DNA of 64,000 bases, taken from Dehalococcoidia bacterium (lineage in GTDB: Bacteria > Chloroflexota > Dehalococcoidia > GIF9 > UBA5629). Below are positions 39,253 through 48,870 of this stretch, in pieces. The stretch covers positions 14,599 to 78,598 of the forward strand of contig PLME01000011.1 of assembly GCA_003142375.1 (NCBI GenBank), written 5' to 3'. Within the stretch, counting starts at the first letter, position 1, and each line of letters begins with the position of its first letter. A program made the translations under genes and the position numbers. Below the pieces are notes generated by a model that worked only from the letters and a program-made list of their open reading frames with translations, ran no database searches and had not been told where the DNA came from.

Positions 39253-40395
39253 CTATTTCACACCGATCTCGCGTGCTATTACGCGCAGTTGAATCTCGGA
39301 GGTGCCTTCGGTAATAGTTCCCAGCCGGGCGTCCCTGAAATAGCGCTGAGCGATGGAATCCTCCATCAGGCCGTAGCCTCCGCATATCTGTAATGCTTCC
39401 ATGGTAGTGCGTACTGCAGCCTCGCTGGCATGCAGTTTAGCCATGGCAGCTTCCCTAATATGCGGCCTGCCCTGGTCATATAGCCAGGCAGCCCTGTAAA
39501 TCATCCACCTGGCGGTCTCGATGTCCATAGCCATGCGGGCTAACTTAAAAGCGTTGGCCTGGAAGCTGCCGATAGTCTGCCCAAACTGCTTTCGGTCATT
39601 TCCATAGGCCAGTGCATTATCGTAGGCTGCCCGAGCCAGTCCCAGGCTGCGGGAGGCGTGGGAAATCCTTCCCCCCATAAGCGACTCTATCACATAGGGA
39701 AATCCTTTGCCTTCCTCCCCGATAAGGTTTTCTGCTGGCACTTGGCAGTCTTCAAAGCTAAGCTCGGCGATCTCACCGGATTTGGCGCAGAACTTGTACA
39801 GTTTGGAGCGGGTAAAGCCGGGCATGCCTTTTTCCACGATGAACAGGCTCATGCCACTGCGCGGCCCTTTGCTTTTGTCGGTATAGGCGGCTGTAACTGT
39901 AAAGTCGCTGATATTTCCGTTGGTAATGAATATCTTGGTCCCGTTCAAATAGTATTTTCCGTCTTTTTTGATAGCAGTGGTTTGCAGTGATGCAGCATCC
40001 GAGCCGGCATTGGGTTCAGTGAGGCCGAAGGATGCTATCTTACGGCCCTTTATAGCGGGCACCAGGTATTTCTGTTTTTGTTCTTCCGTGCCATGCTTGT
40101 ATATTGCCGCCGTGCCAATTCCGCCTTGCACCATGGTTGCAGCGGCAAATCCCACCGAATAATAGGCAACCTCTTCAACGGCGATGCACTCACCCAGCTT
40201 GCCCATCCCGGCAGCCCCGTACTCCGGCGAGTAGCTAAGGCATAAATAGCCGAGGTCTCCCATCATGGGGAATAATTTGACCGGAAAGGTCGAGGTTTTT
40301 TCAGCTTCGTCGACCAGGGGTGCCACCTCTTTGGATGCGAAGCTGCGTATGGCATCCCGTAGCATTTTTTGTTCTTCAGAAAGATCGAAATCCAT
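39253..40395 (-). CDS. Acyl-CoA dehydrogenase
   Basis: FGLTEPNAGSD, RKQFGQ, ITEGTSEIQ. Confidence 0.92.
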   Translation of the reverse strand: MDFDLSEEQKMLRDAIRSFASKEVAPLVDEAEKTSTFPVKLFPMMGDLGYLCLSYSPEYGAAGMGKLGECIAVEEVAYYSVGFAAATMVQGGIGTAAIYKHGTEEQKQKYLVPAIKGRKIASFGLTEPNAGSDAASLQTTAIKKDGKYYLNGTKIFITNGNISDFTVTAAYTDKSKGPRSGMSLFIVEKGMPGFTRSKLYKFCAKSGEIAELSFEDCQVPAENLIGEEGKGFPYVIESLMGGRISHASRSLGLARAAYDNALAYGNDRKQFGQTIGSFQANAFKLARMAMDIETARWMIYRAAWLYDQGRPHIREAAMAKLHASEAAVRTTMEALQICGGYGLMEDSIAQRYFRDARLGTITEGTSEIQLRVIAREIGVK

Positions 40396-40532
40396 TTTTT
40401 ATCTCCTGCAATTAAAGTACCGAACCAAGTTTAGGATTATAGTACAAACGGACAAATTTGAACAAGTGACCTATTTTCGGCCTTAGCGGGCTAATGGTAT
40501 AATCGCGCTGAATAAATGGTAGGAGGACTGCG

Positions 40533-41438
40533 TTGAATCCTGAAGAGACCTTAAATAAAATAAAAGTCGTGGGCGTTATTGGAGCTGGCGGAATGGGCAA
40601 TCAGATTGCGGAGCTCATGGCCCGTATAGGTGGCTACAAGGTAAATATCGTCGATATAAACATTGAATATGTTAATAAAGGCCTTGCGGCTATCGATGGC
40701 CGGCTGGAGAAATTTTTTGTCGCCAAAGGAAAGATGTCGGCGGACGAGAAGAAGGCATTGACCGATCGTATCAAGGGCACGGCCAAGCTGGAGGAGGCCG
40801 TCAAGGATGCCGACTTCGTTATCGAGGCGGTCATTGAGAATATGGCCCTGAAGAAAGATATCTTTAAGAAACTGGATGACTTCTCCATGCCTCATACCAT
40901 ACTGGCTTCCAACACCTCTTATTTGAACATAACTGAGATGGCTTCGGCCACCAAGAAGCCCGACAAGGTCGTAGGCATGCACTTTTTCAATCCTGTGGCC
41001 ATGATGAAGCTGGTGGAGGTTGTAAAAGGAGCCACCACTGCGCAGGAGACCTGTGAGGTGGTTCGTGCTCTTTCGCTTAAATTGGGCAAAGAGCCGGTGA
41101 TATGCCAGGATTTCAGTTATGGGTTCCTGGCCAACAGGGCTTACCGGGGCCTTTCGACGGAGGCAGTGCAAATGGTCTGGGAGAGGGTTGCCTCCCCGGA
41201 AGACATAGATAAAGCTCTTAAACTGGGTTACAACCTGCCAATGGGCCCCCTGGAGTTGTCCGATATGACCGGAGGCTGGGCGCTGAGAGCTTCCTCCGAG
41301 GAAGATGCCGTAAGAGAACTGGGCTCGGATAAAGGACGTCTGCATCCTTTGATCAGAATGATGGTCAGGGCAGGCTATACCGGCGGACCCGGTAAAAAGG
41401 GTATCTATGATTTCTACCGTGACGTGATTTCTAAATAA
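40533..41438 (+). CDS. 3-hydroxyacyl(butyryl)-CoA dehydrogenase
   Basis: GAGGMG, VIEAVIE, SNTS, GMHFFNP, PMGPLEL. Confidence 0.9.
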   Translation: MNPEETLNKIKVVGVIGAGGMGNQIAELMARIGGYKVNIVDINIEYVNKGLAAIDGRLEKFFVAKGKMSADEKKALTDRIKGTAKLEEAVKDADFVIEAVIENMALKKDIFKKLDDFSMPHTILASNTSYLNITEMASATKKPDKVVGMHFFNPVAMMKLVEVVKGATTAQETCEVVRALSLKLGKEPVICQDFSYGFLANRAYRGLSTEAVQMVWERVASPEDIDKALKLGYNLPMGPLELSDMTGGWALRASSEEDAVRELGSDKGRLHPLIRMMVRAGYTGGPGKKGIYDFYRDVISK

Positions 41439-41497
41439 TAGTATTAAGGGACCGGCCGTCGGTCTAAAATTACATAATGTGCTGTTAGGAGAAAATC

Positions 41498-42283
41498 ATG
41501 AGCAGTGATTTTAAGACTATACTTTACGAGAAGAAAGGCAATGTGGCCTGGATTACTCTGAACAGGCCCGAGGTACTGAATGCGCAGAACGATCTTTTGC
41601 GTGCGGAGGTCGTAACGGCCCTGGAGCAAGCCAGGGACGACGACAATATCCATGCAATCGCTATCACAGGGTCTGGCGATAGAGCTTTCAGCGCTGGTGC
41701 AGATATAAGTGAGTTTCCCAAGAGATATCCCTCCGATATCATCAAATGGAAGGGCAGAAAGGGTCCTTATATGGTAATCAGGGAGTTGCCCAAACCGGTT
41801 GTAGCGGCTGTCAACGGCATGGCCTTCGGCGGCGGGTGCGAGATTGTCCTGGCATGCGACTGCGTGATCGCCGTTGAGGACGCCCAATTCGGGCAGCCGG
41901 AGGTACGGATCGGCGTTATACCGGGAGGAGGCGGCACACAGATTCTGCCCCGCTTGATAGGTGAGAAGAAAGCCAAAGAGTTGATTTTCAGCGGGCGTCC
42001 CATCACTGCAGCGGAAGCCCTGCAGATGGGAATGATCAATCAGATCGTTCCGCGCGACAAGTTAATCGAGGCTACAGAGAAGATGATAGAAGGCTTCCTA
42101 AAAAATAGCCCGGTTATATTGAAGCTGGCCAAGCTGTCGGTCAATAAATCGCTGGAAACTACCCTGTCGGTAGGTATGGACTGTGAGCGGGACCTTTTCG
42201 CCCTTTGCTTCGGCACAGAGGACCAGAAAGAAGGTGCCAAGGCATTTTTGGAGAAAAGAAAGCCGAATTATACAGGTAAATAA
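41498..42283 (+). CDS. Enoyl-CoA hydratase (crotonase)
   Basis: AFSAGADI, GGGCE, QPE...GGGGTQ (both catalytic Glu present). Confidence 0.92.
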   Translation: MSSDFKTILYEKKGNVAWITLNRPEVLNAQNDLLRAEVVTALEQARDDDNIHAIAITGSGDRAFSAGADISEFPKRYPSDIIKWKGRKGPYMVIRELPKPVVAAVNGMAFGGGCEIVLACDCVIAVEDAQFGQPEVRIGVIPGGGGTQILPRLIGEKKAKELIFSGRPITAAEALQMGMINQIVPRDKLIEATEKMIEGFLKNSPVILKLAKLSVNKSLETTLSVGMDCERDLFALCFGTEDQKEGAKAFLEKRKPNYTGK

Positions 42284-42331
42284 GAATTCTGCGTTATAAA
42301 TGAAGCGGGGATGACGATTAGCACAAAATAG

Positions 42332-42568
42332 CTATCGAAGCTTCAGGCCTTGCGCCAGGATATCGCAGAGGTAATCGTCATGTCTCATATAATGATGTAC
42401 GGTTTCCTTATAGTCCTGTGCTTCTTTTACAAGTAAATCCAGCATGGCGTCTGCGCCGGCTTCGAAGATCATCTTTGCCATCTCCCATGAGGAATCGTCG
42501 CCGTAGGGATTGGTCCATCCTTCGGGACGGTAATTGATCTTTAGCTTCTCAGGCTGTGCTTCAGCCAT
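42332..42568 (-). CDS. Small hypothetical protein
   Basis: MAEAQ...YRPEGWTNPY...FEAGADAMLDLL; start overlaps the upstream stop (ATGGCTGA). Confidence 0.6.
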   Translation of the reverse strand: MAEAQPEKLKINYRPEGWTNPYGDDSSWEMAKMIFEAGADAMLDLLVKEAQDYKETVHHYMRHDDYLCDILAQGLKLR

Positions 42569-42770
42569 GCTTTGCCCCAACCTTGCTGGTAGACTTTTCA
42601 AGCTTATCCCGGCCCTGGTTTTTAGTGTTTACCTTGGTAATGATTTCCAGCAGGCAATTGGTACAGATAATGGAGTCGCAATCGATCTTGGCGGCGCATT
42701 CAGCACATTCACACGGCATTTTAGTAACCTCTTTTGGGTTAGCCTCCAGGGTAACCCTCTTAATGGACAC
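42561..42770 (-). CDS. Small Cys-rich hypothetical protein
   Basis: CECAEC-x5-C-x4-CTNC cluster; translationally coupled to the next ORF. Confidence 0.5.
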   Translation of the reverse strand: MSIKRVTLEANPKEVTKMPCECAECAAKIDCDSIICTNCLLEIITKVNTKNQGRDKLEKSTSKVGAKHG

Positions 42771-42991
42771 AGTATTACATAATTATATGTATCATTGAAT
42801 GACCATTAGTATCAAAAGAGTGACCAATATGGATATAATTCGATCATATTCGAGATGAATGGTTTACATAATATATACATGACTAATTTCCTAGTAAATT
42901 CAGTACTCTTAGGTGATTCACACGGTGGAAAGCAGGGTATAAGATAAGCACATAACTTAATCATTCTTTACTCTTTATTAAAACACCGGCG

Positions 42992-43019
42992 ATGCCGTCG
43001 CTCCAGCGACGGCATTTTT
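42992..43019 (+). terminator. Orphan intrinsic terminator in a divergent intergenic region
   Basis: ATGCCGTCGCT-cc-AGCGACGGCAT-TTTT with no + strand CDS immediately upstream. Confidence 0.7.
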
Positions 43020-43195
43020 AGTATCTAAACTGACCTATATTCCCAGTACTGTGCAACAAAAGTACTAGCTTAAAAAGTACCAATAGGGGATAGCTAAGCG
43101 CTCAGAACAGCCTTATTCTATATGCGTCTGAATATTGTCGGATAGAGTTTTTGAGCCATCCTTGTAAAGGTGGTTGAAATAACGGAGGAGAAGAA

Positions 43196-43672
43196 ATGAG
43201 CACACAATTTAAGACTGAGAACCAGCATGAGCAGGGACTGACGGCACTTCGACGCTATGTTTCCGAATACGAGGAAATGGAAATCGAACGCAAGCAGCAG
43301 GAAGAAAAATTGCCGGTGAGTAAAACAAAAATTCGAGCTGCCGCCAAACAACGTAAGGATGCAATCTATATCAGTACCCGGGACGGTAAGTTCGTAAACA
43401 TCAACCAACAGATGTTGGACCTGCTGGGTTATGACATGGATGAGATGATGGGCATGGATATCAAGCATATTTGCGTGAATCCCGTTGACCTGGATAGGCT
43501 GCAAAAGGAGATTGACCAGAAGGGATACGTCATCAGCAACAGGCTGAAACTCTATAAGAAGGACGGCACCGAGGTGTCGTGCCTTATCACTTCCACTATC
43601 AGGTGGTATAACGAGGATAATATTCCGGGCAACCAGCCCATGTTCAAGTCCTGGGTCAGATGTGTTAACTAG
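43196..43672 (+). CDS. Stand-alone PAS-domain protein
   Basis: DGKFVNINQQMLDLLGY, KKDGTEV PAS/PAC signature; GGAGGAG RBS. Confidence 0.8.
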   Translation: MSTQFKTENQHEQGLTALRRYVSEYEEMEIERKQQEEKLPVSKTKIRAAAKQRKDAIYISTRDGKFVNINQQMLDLLGYDMDEMMGMDIKHICVNPVDLDRLQKEIDQKGYVISNRLKLYKKDGTEVSCLITSTIRWYNEDNIPGNQPMFKSWVRCVN

Positions 43673-43683
43673 GGGCAAATAAA

Positions 43684-44304
43684 ATGCGGACTAAACTTAT
43701 TAACTATAAAAACAAGTTGTCAGATTTGCTCAATAAGAAAGCCCGGCTGAGCGGGCCGGGAGCAGCCTTGTTGTTAGTTGTACTCGTTCTTTACAGCGGC
43801 CTATCGATCGCCTGGGTACCTTATACGGACCCATATCGAACCGCATCTTATCCTCACACATCGATCTCTACGGCAGCTATGGAGCCGAACATCATGGTTG
43901 ACGCAGTTATCCCCGAGAATGTTACTTACGGTCAGATTTTTAATTTAGCAATTACGGTTGGGAACAACGGAAATGTTCCTGCCAATGATGTTCATCTGCT
44001 TTATAAGGCCAGTCCACAGGGGTTTTTCATCGTCCAGAATGTTGACCAGCCCGCCTGCGCTCTGGGTCAGGACAGTGAAGATGTCAGTCTCGGCACCCTA
44101 TCCACAAATGAGCTAAAGGAAATCAATTTCATGCTCCAGGTACCCTCTAAAGAGCAGGTGGCTGGCGTGTGGAGCAAGAACTTCAGGTTCGATTTCACAG
44201 TTTCTTACGATAACAGAGTCAATACATACGCGGGCTGCGTTGAATTACTGGTCAGGCACGGCAAGCTGCTTCTCATGAAAAAGGGTTTCACTCAGACAAA
44301 TTAG
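43684..44304 (+). CDS. Membrane-anchored Ig-like (DUF11/CARDB-like) hypothetical protein
   Basis: N-terminal TM; ITVGNNGNVPANDV beta-sandwich signature. Confidence 0.5.
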   Translation: MRTKLINYKNKLSDLLNKKARLSGPGAALLLVVLVLYSGLSIAWVPYTDPYRTASYPHTSISTAAMEPNIMVDAVIPENVTYGQIFNLAITVGNNGNVPANDVHLLYKASPQGFFIVQNVDQPACALGQDSEDVSLGTLSTNELKEINFMLQVPSKEQVAGVWSKNFRFDFTVSYDNRVNTYAGCVELLVRHGKLLLMKKGFTQTN

Positions 44305-44313
44305 CATCGCTTC

Positions 44314-45855
44314 CTAGGTGGCGATTTCTGCAGAACCTCCTGCCTTTTCGATTTTGCCATGAGGCAGGAGGAATATCGAGGGTACCACACCCAACAATAC
44401 CACGATGGCACCGATTACGTAATTCATATCATAGGCAGTTACACTGGCCCTTAAATTCACGTATTGATATAGCGCGATAACGGCTTCATTGTACGAAGCT
44501 TCAGAAGTAAGGCCGCTCTGCATTAGAAGCGCCTGTATCCTGGATAAAAATCCTACAGCCATCAGGGAATTGGGCGTCATCGATTGGATGATATTCTCGA
44601 GATTGACCTTTTGGAAGGTGTCGAGCAGCGTGGCGAAGGCAGCAATACTTAACGATCCGAAAATAGTCCTGGATACATTCAATAATGACGACGCTTGAGC
44701 TGTCAGCCTGGGTGGCACGGAGGAAAGCGCGTAGGTCATTATAGGCATCATTGAGAGCCCCATGCCCATTCCGCGGATGAACAGCATGATCCTGAGAATA
44801 TCGTCCGGCGTGGAAACGTCCAGTATTTGCATATAAAGCGACATAACACCCAGGATAAGGAGTCCGATCACTGCCGGCACGCGTGGGCCTATCCTGTCAT
44901 AGAGCCGCCCGGATACGGTCATACCAATCATGGCGCCAACGACCTGCGGCAGCAACATCACTCCGCTGTCGAAAGCCGATAACCCGCGAAGTTGTTGGAG
45001 AAAAAGCGGCAGCAGGAAAATAATGGCATATAGGCCTATGGTCGTAATGAAAGTGAGACCGATGCCGACGGAGTACCCCTTATGTTTGAACATGCGGAGA
45101 TCCAGCATGGGCTTCTTTTCAGTGAGCTCGATTATTATCCACATCATAACGCAGAAACTGCCAACCATCAGCAGGGTGATGATTCGCCAGTCTGTCCAAT
45201 GCCAGGTGGGAGCGTACGAGAGGGCATATAGAATCGAACTGAAGCCAGCGGCTGCAAATATAAAACCCTTATAATCAAAAGTTGAACTGACCAGCGGTGT
45301 ATCCTCGATCCAGGCCAATCCCATCATAATTGCCGTTAATACGATAGGCACATTGATATAGAAAACCAGTCGCCAGTCCCAATATGTCACCAGGTACCCG
45401 CCGAGTGTGGGTCCTAATACAGGTGCTAGCATCATGGGGATGCCTAGCATAGCCATGGCTGAGCCACGCTTTTCCGGAGGAACATTCATATAGATGAATG
45501 TCATGGAGAGCGGATTGAGCACACCTCCGGATAATCCCTGCAATATCCTGAAGCCGATTAAAGAATCCGAGTTCCACGATAAGCCGCATAACACGGAACC
45601 GAGCAGGAATCCGATCTGGCTGGCCAGGTACACTTTCTTTATGCCGAACCGGTCGCTGAGAAATGCGGCGGCAGGTGTGGAGATGGCACTGGCCATCAGG
45701 TAAGCTGAGACAATCAGCTGCGCCCGGTCGGCTGTGGCATTGAAGACGGCCATTATATGCGGCAATGCCACATTCATAACGGTCTGGTCCAATATCTCCA
45801 TGAAAGTGCCGAATATGGCAACCGCCAGTATCTTGGACTCGCTTACCTTCGGCAT
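44314..45855 (-). CDS. DHA2/EmrB-QacA family MFS efflux transporter
   Basis: FMEILDQTVMNVALP, LSDRFG, GPTLGG, WRLVFYINVP; about 14 TMs. Confidence 0.92.
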   Translation of the reverse strand: MPKVSESKILAVAIFGTFMEILDQTVMNVALPHIMAVFNATADRAQLIVSAYLMASAISTPAAAFLSDRFGIKKVYLASQIGFLLGSVLCGLSWNSDSLIGFRILQGLSGGVLNPLSMTFIYMNVPPEKRGSAMAMLGIPMMLAPVLGPTLGGYLVTYWDWRLVFYINVPIVLTAIMMGLAWIEDTPLVSSTFDYKGFIFAAAGFSSILYALSYAPTWHWTDWRIITLLMVGSFCVMMWIIIELTEKKPMLDLRMFKHKGYSVGIGLTFITTIGLYAIIFLLPLFLQQLRGLSAFDSGVMLLPQVVGAMIGMTVSGRLYDRIGPRVPAVIGLLILGVMSLYMQILDVSTPDDILRIMLFIRGMGMGLSMMPIMTYALSSVPPRLTAQASSLLNVSRTIFGSLSIAAFATLLDTFQKVNLENIIQSMTPNSLMAVGFLSRIQALLMQSGLTSEASYNEAVIALYQYVNLRASVTAYDMNYVIGAIVVLLGVVPSIFLLPHGKIEKAGGSAEIAT

Positions 45856-46134
45856 CTATAATTCCCGAATAGCTCTGGACAGAATTCTATAGTATATGCG
45901 GATATCAAATACGGGTTGAATGCTTTTGCATAATATGTTGAGATCATCGGGCGTATATTATTGGGCTGTGTAATTAGCTCTATATTATAAGACATCCGTC
46001 TGGATAACTACATGGTGCTATAGATAATACAAATGCAGTTGGGATCAATGGGATATGCTGCTTTTCCCCCACCTAAACCAAGACCGAGGTATAATGAATA
46101 TTAGCCCCGTATAAATTGGGGACTATGTAAGATC

Positions 46135-46779
46135 ATGCGTAAATTATTGCCCTTGGCAACTCTCATTATGTCGGCAGTATTAATTGCTTCTGCATCCTGC
46201 AATAAACCTGTTGCCGCTGAGGTGGAACTGAAATATGATAACAATTCCCTGAGAGAATATTTGCCGGTCAGCGCGCCGACTTTCACGGGCTACCTGGTTT
46301 CATTCGTTACCCCTACCAACAAGTTCACCATCAGGAAAATACGTATCAATGGGATGGTTGCTGCCTGGCGCCAGTACCAGGATAAGTCCATCGAATTGCA
46401 GATCTGGGATAAGGACAAGAAGGTCATATACCAGGACAGCTATCCCGACACTCAATTTCCCGTTAACCCTTACGATAACAAAACGGCATTTCGGCCGGAG
46501 ACTGCCTGGACGGATTTAGGTGTGCCTGATGTAATTGTCACCAGTCCTTTCTATGTACACATCCATTCCGACGACGGCCGGTGGGGAGAATTCCGCATGG
46601 GCGCGGATGACAGCGCTGTAAACAGCCATTCTGAATTAACCGTCAGAGACGGTAGTGTCGATATAGTACTTGACGGCTGGCCCTACTGGAGAAAGGACTC
46701 GGCGGGCCATGACCTGTGGTACGGTGATAAGTCAAAAGTGAACTGGATGGTACGTGTGGTCGGTGTGAATTCAAACTGA
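46135..46779 (+). CDS. Putative lipoprotein, hypothetical
   Basis: Signal peptide with SASC lipobox; beta-rich domain from ELKYD to NWMVRVVG. Confidence 0.6.
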   Translation: MRKLLPLATLIMSAVLIASASCNKPVAAEVELKYDNNSLREYLPVSAPTFTGYLVSFVTPTNKFTIRKIRINGMVAAWRQYQDKSIELQIWDKDKKVIYQDSYPDTQFPVNPYDNKTAFRPETAWTDLGVPDVIVTSPFYVHIHSDDGRWGEFRMGADDSAVNSHSELTVRDGSVDIVLDGWPYWRKDSAGHDLWYGDKSKVNWMVRVVGVNSN

Positions 46780-46851
46780 GGACGGGTAAACAAAGTAAAA
46801 AGGCCAGCATTAGGTGTATCCTGGGTAATGTAAGGGGGGTGACTCAATATT

Positions 46852-48087
46852 ATGAAGAAATGGAACAATATCCTGTCGATTATGACAGCCTTTGTTATTG
46901 CGACGGTCATTTTTATCGCAGGCTGTGGGGGGAAAGCCCAGACGCCAGTGCCCACCGGCCCAATCACCATTAAGGTTGGATTACCTACACCCCTGGATGA
47001 TCCGGCCGCCCCCTGGGGCAAAGCTAACATGGATCCATATCTAAGCTGGATTGACCTGTTTAACAGAGAAGGTCTCCAGGTAAACAATAAAACCTATAAC
47101 TTCAAATTGGTTGCGGCTGATGACCGTGACTCGCCGGAAGGTGGTGCGGCAGCAGCGAAACAACTCATCTATAGTGATGGCTGCAAATTCCTCGCGGGGC
47201 ACTGGAGCTGGAGCTACTCTGCAATATCGGCCATCTCCAATCCTGCCAGGGTAATCTTTGTAACCAGAGACGGCGGAGGCATTGAATATAACGCAGCCAC
47301 TCAACCATACAATGTTTTCGGCACTCCCGCAAAGGAAGAATGGGTAGCTGACGTGCTGGCGGCACATGCAAAATTCCCGGGCAGCAAGATCGGTTTTCTT
47401 GAGCCCGCTACAGGTCTCACTAAATCTGAAATACAAGAGATGAGCAAGCAATTCTTTGATCCGGCCGGGATGGTCTACCATTGGGAGATATATCCTGCGG
47501 GGACCAGTGACTTCGGCCCGTATATCCATGAGTTTGCACAAGAAGGCTGCAGTCTAATCTATCTGGATGCAGCTTTAGATACAACGGTTTCGTTCATAAA
47601 ACAGCGCTGGGAGGCGGGTTACAAGTGGCCGGTTGCCCAGGCGGGAGGTCTGGCCGACCTTGGGATATACACAGCGGCTTGCGGCTCCGACGCAGTGCAG
47701 GGCCTGATCGGTGGCTATTTCGGCATTTGGGATTTTAAGGAAACAATAGTCAATCCTAAATATGTAGCCATGTGTCAGGAGGTGATGAGAACCCTTTCTC
47801 AAAAACAGGATAAGGCGTATACATATAATGACTGGATAGGCTGGCTGCCGTCACACCTTCTTATCGTTGCCCAGGCTATGCAAAGGGCGGGTACGGTGGA
47901 TGATTCCGATGCCATTATGCAGGCCATCAGAGGCGGTACTTTCGATACAACGGCAGGCACATTTACTATGTCGGGAGAGAAAACCTACGGCTCGCCGATT
48001 GTGTTTGGCTGCCCGTGTGCAATCTGCATTGTCCAGGGTGACAGAGCTGTATATCTTTCCGAGCACCCGGTCAATTCCATACCCTGA
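46852..48087 (+). CDS. ABC transporter substrate-binding lipoprotein (branched-chain amino acid/LivJ fold)
   Basis: IAGC lipobox, IKVGLPTPL, ADDR, GTSDFGPYI, AQAMQRAGT. Confidence 0.8.
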   Translation: MKKWNNILSIMTAFVIATVIFIAGCGGKAQTPVPTGPITIKVGLPTPLDDPAAPWGKANMDPYLSWIDLFNREGLQVNNKTYNFKLVAADDRDSPEGGAAAAKQLIYSDGCKFLAGHWSWSYSAISAISNPARVIFVTRDGGGIEYNAATQPYNVFGTPAKEEWVADVLAAHAKFPGSKIGFLEPATGLTKSEIQEMSKQFFDPAGMVYHWEIYPAGTSDFGPYIHEFAQEGCSLIYLDAALDTTVSFIKQRWEAGYKWPVAQAGGLADLGIYTAACGSDAVQGLIGGYFGIWDFKETIVNPKYVAMCQEVMRTLSQKQDKAYTYNDWIGWLPSHLLIVAQAMQRAGTVDDSDAIMQAIRGGTFDTTAGTFTMSGEKTYGSPIVFGCPCAICIVQGDRAVYLSEHPVNSIP

Positions 48088-48148
48088 AAAGCCAGTCATT
48101 AAGTCAGATGTCAGCCGGAGATAAAAGATTGAAAGGAGGGCGAGGTTA

Positions 48149-48436
48149 ATGGCAAAACCGAAACGGACTACTTTCCCTGGCCATCAAATAATCGCTACAG
48201 TTAAGTCGGTCAAGGGCAACTGCTCTTGGGGACACGAAGCGGGTGACACCTTTCGCATAAACTGTCATGATACCGCCGGCCTTTGCGGCTTTTTCTATCA
48301 TGCTATCTTCCCTGACATTGCCATGCTCCAGTTTGGCGGCGGTTTCCCCAAAGAATGGGGTGACCCGGATGTGGTGACCGCAGAGTGCATGGACAAGATG
48401 AATCTGGTTAAGCTTGAACTTCGTAGAGAGAAATAG
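48149..48436 (+). CDS. TIGR04076-family protein
   Basis: KGNCSWGHEAGDTF, GLC...IFP...LQFGG.FP, CMD...VKLELRR; GAAAGGAGG RBS. Confidence 0.7.
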   Translation: MAKPKRTTFPGHQIIATVKSVKGNCSWGHEAGDTFRINCHDTAGLCGFFYHAIFPDIAMLQFGGGFPKEWGDPDVVTAECMDKMNLVKLELRREK

Positions 48437-48488
48437 GGCTGTAAGATCCCCGACTGACAAAGGAATACAGTACAATGGTTTGTACAAA

Positions 48489-48734
48489 ATGAAATCGGGT
48501 CTGAGTGCAGCGTACAGCGTCTTCGTTTTGGCTCTTACCACTGTGATTGTGGTCTCACTACTTTACGTCACTGTTACCTCTATATCTTCGCCCACTAACC
48601 TGGAATGGCTGACCGTGATCGGCTTCATAATAGTGATTTACCTGGTGGGTATCGCCATAAGTTTTGCCGGGCTTTATGTAATAGAAAAACTGTTCAAGCG
48701 AGATAAGAAGCGGGCAAAGGCCGCTGTAGCTTAG
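48489..48734 (+). CDS. Small two-TM membrane protein
   Basis: Two hydrophobic helices and a basic tail; start placed at MKSGL. Confidence 0.55.
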   Translation: MKSGLSAAYSVFVLALTTVIVVSLLYVTVTSISSPTNLEWLTVIGFIIVIYLVGIAISFAGLYVIEKLFKRDKKRAKAAVA

Positions 48735-48735
48735 C

Positions 48736-48811
48736 TGGCGTCCCTGGGGGGATTCGAACCCACGACCCGCTGCTTAGAAGGCAGCCGCTCTATCCACTGA
48801 GCTACAGGGAC
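48736..48811 (-). tRNA. tRNA-Arg(TCT)
   Basis: GTCCCTGTAGCTCAGTGGATAGAGCGGCTGCCTTCTAAGCAGCGGGTCGTGGGTTCGAATCCCCCCAGGGACGCCA; one T-stem mismatch. Confidence 0.93.
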
Positions 48812-48870
48812 TCATATGGAGTTTAACACAGCGAATTACGCGACTTCAACAGGCCGGATTGACTGCGATT

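Noticed and set aside
39804..39817. TGGAGCGGGTAAAG resembling the tRNA-Gly 3' end (possible second att site)
   Set aside because: Only 10 bp exact, inside an intact CDS, and on the wrong side of the tRNA
40551..41345. 264-aa minus-strand ORF
   Set aside because: Antisense shadow of the 3-hydroxyacyl-CoA dehydrogenase
42861..42888. dif-like sequence GGTTTACATAA-TATATA-CATGACTAATT
   Set aside because: The right arm does not match the conserved XerD arm (TTATGTTAAAT) and lacks inner symmetry
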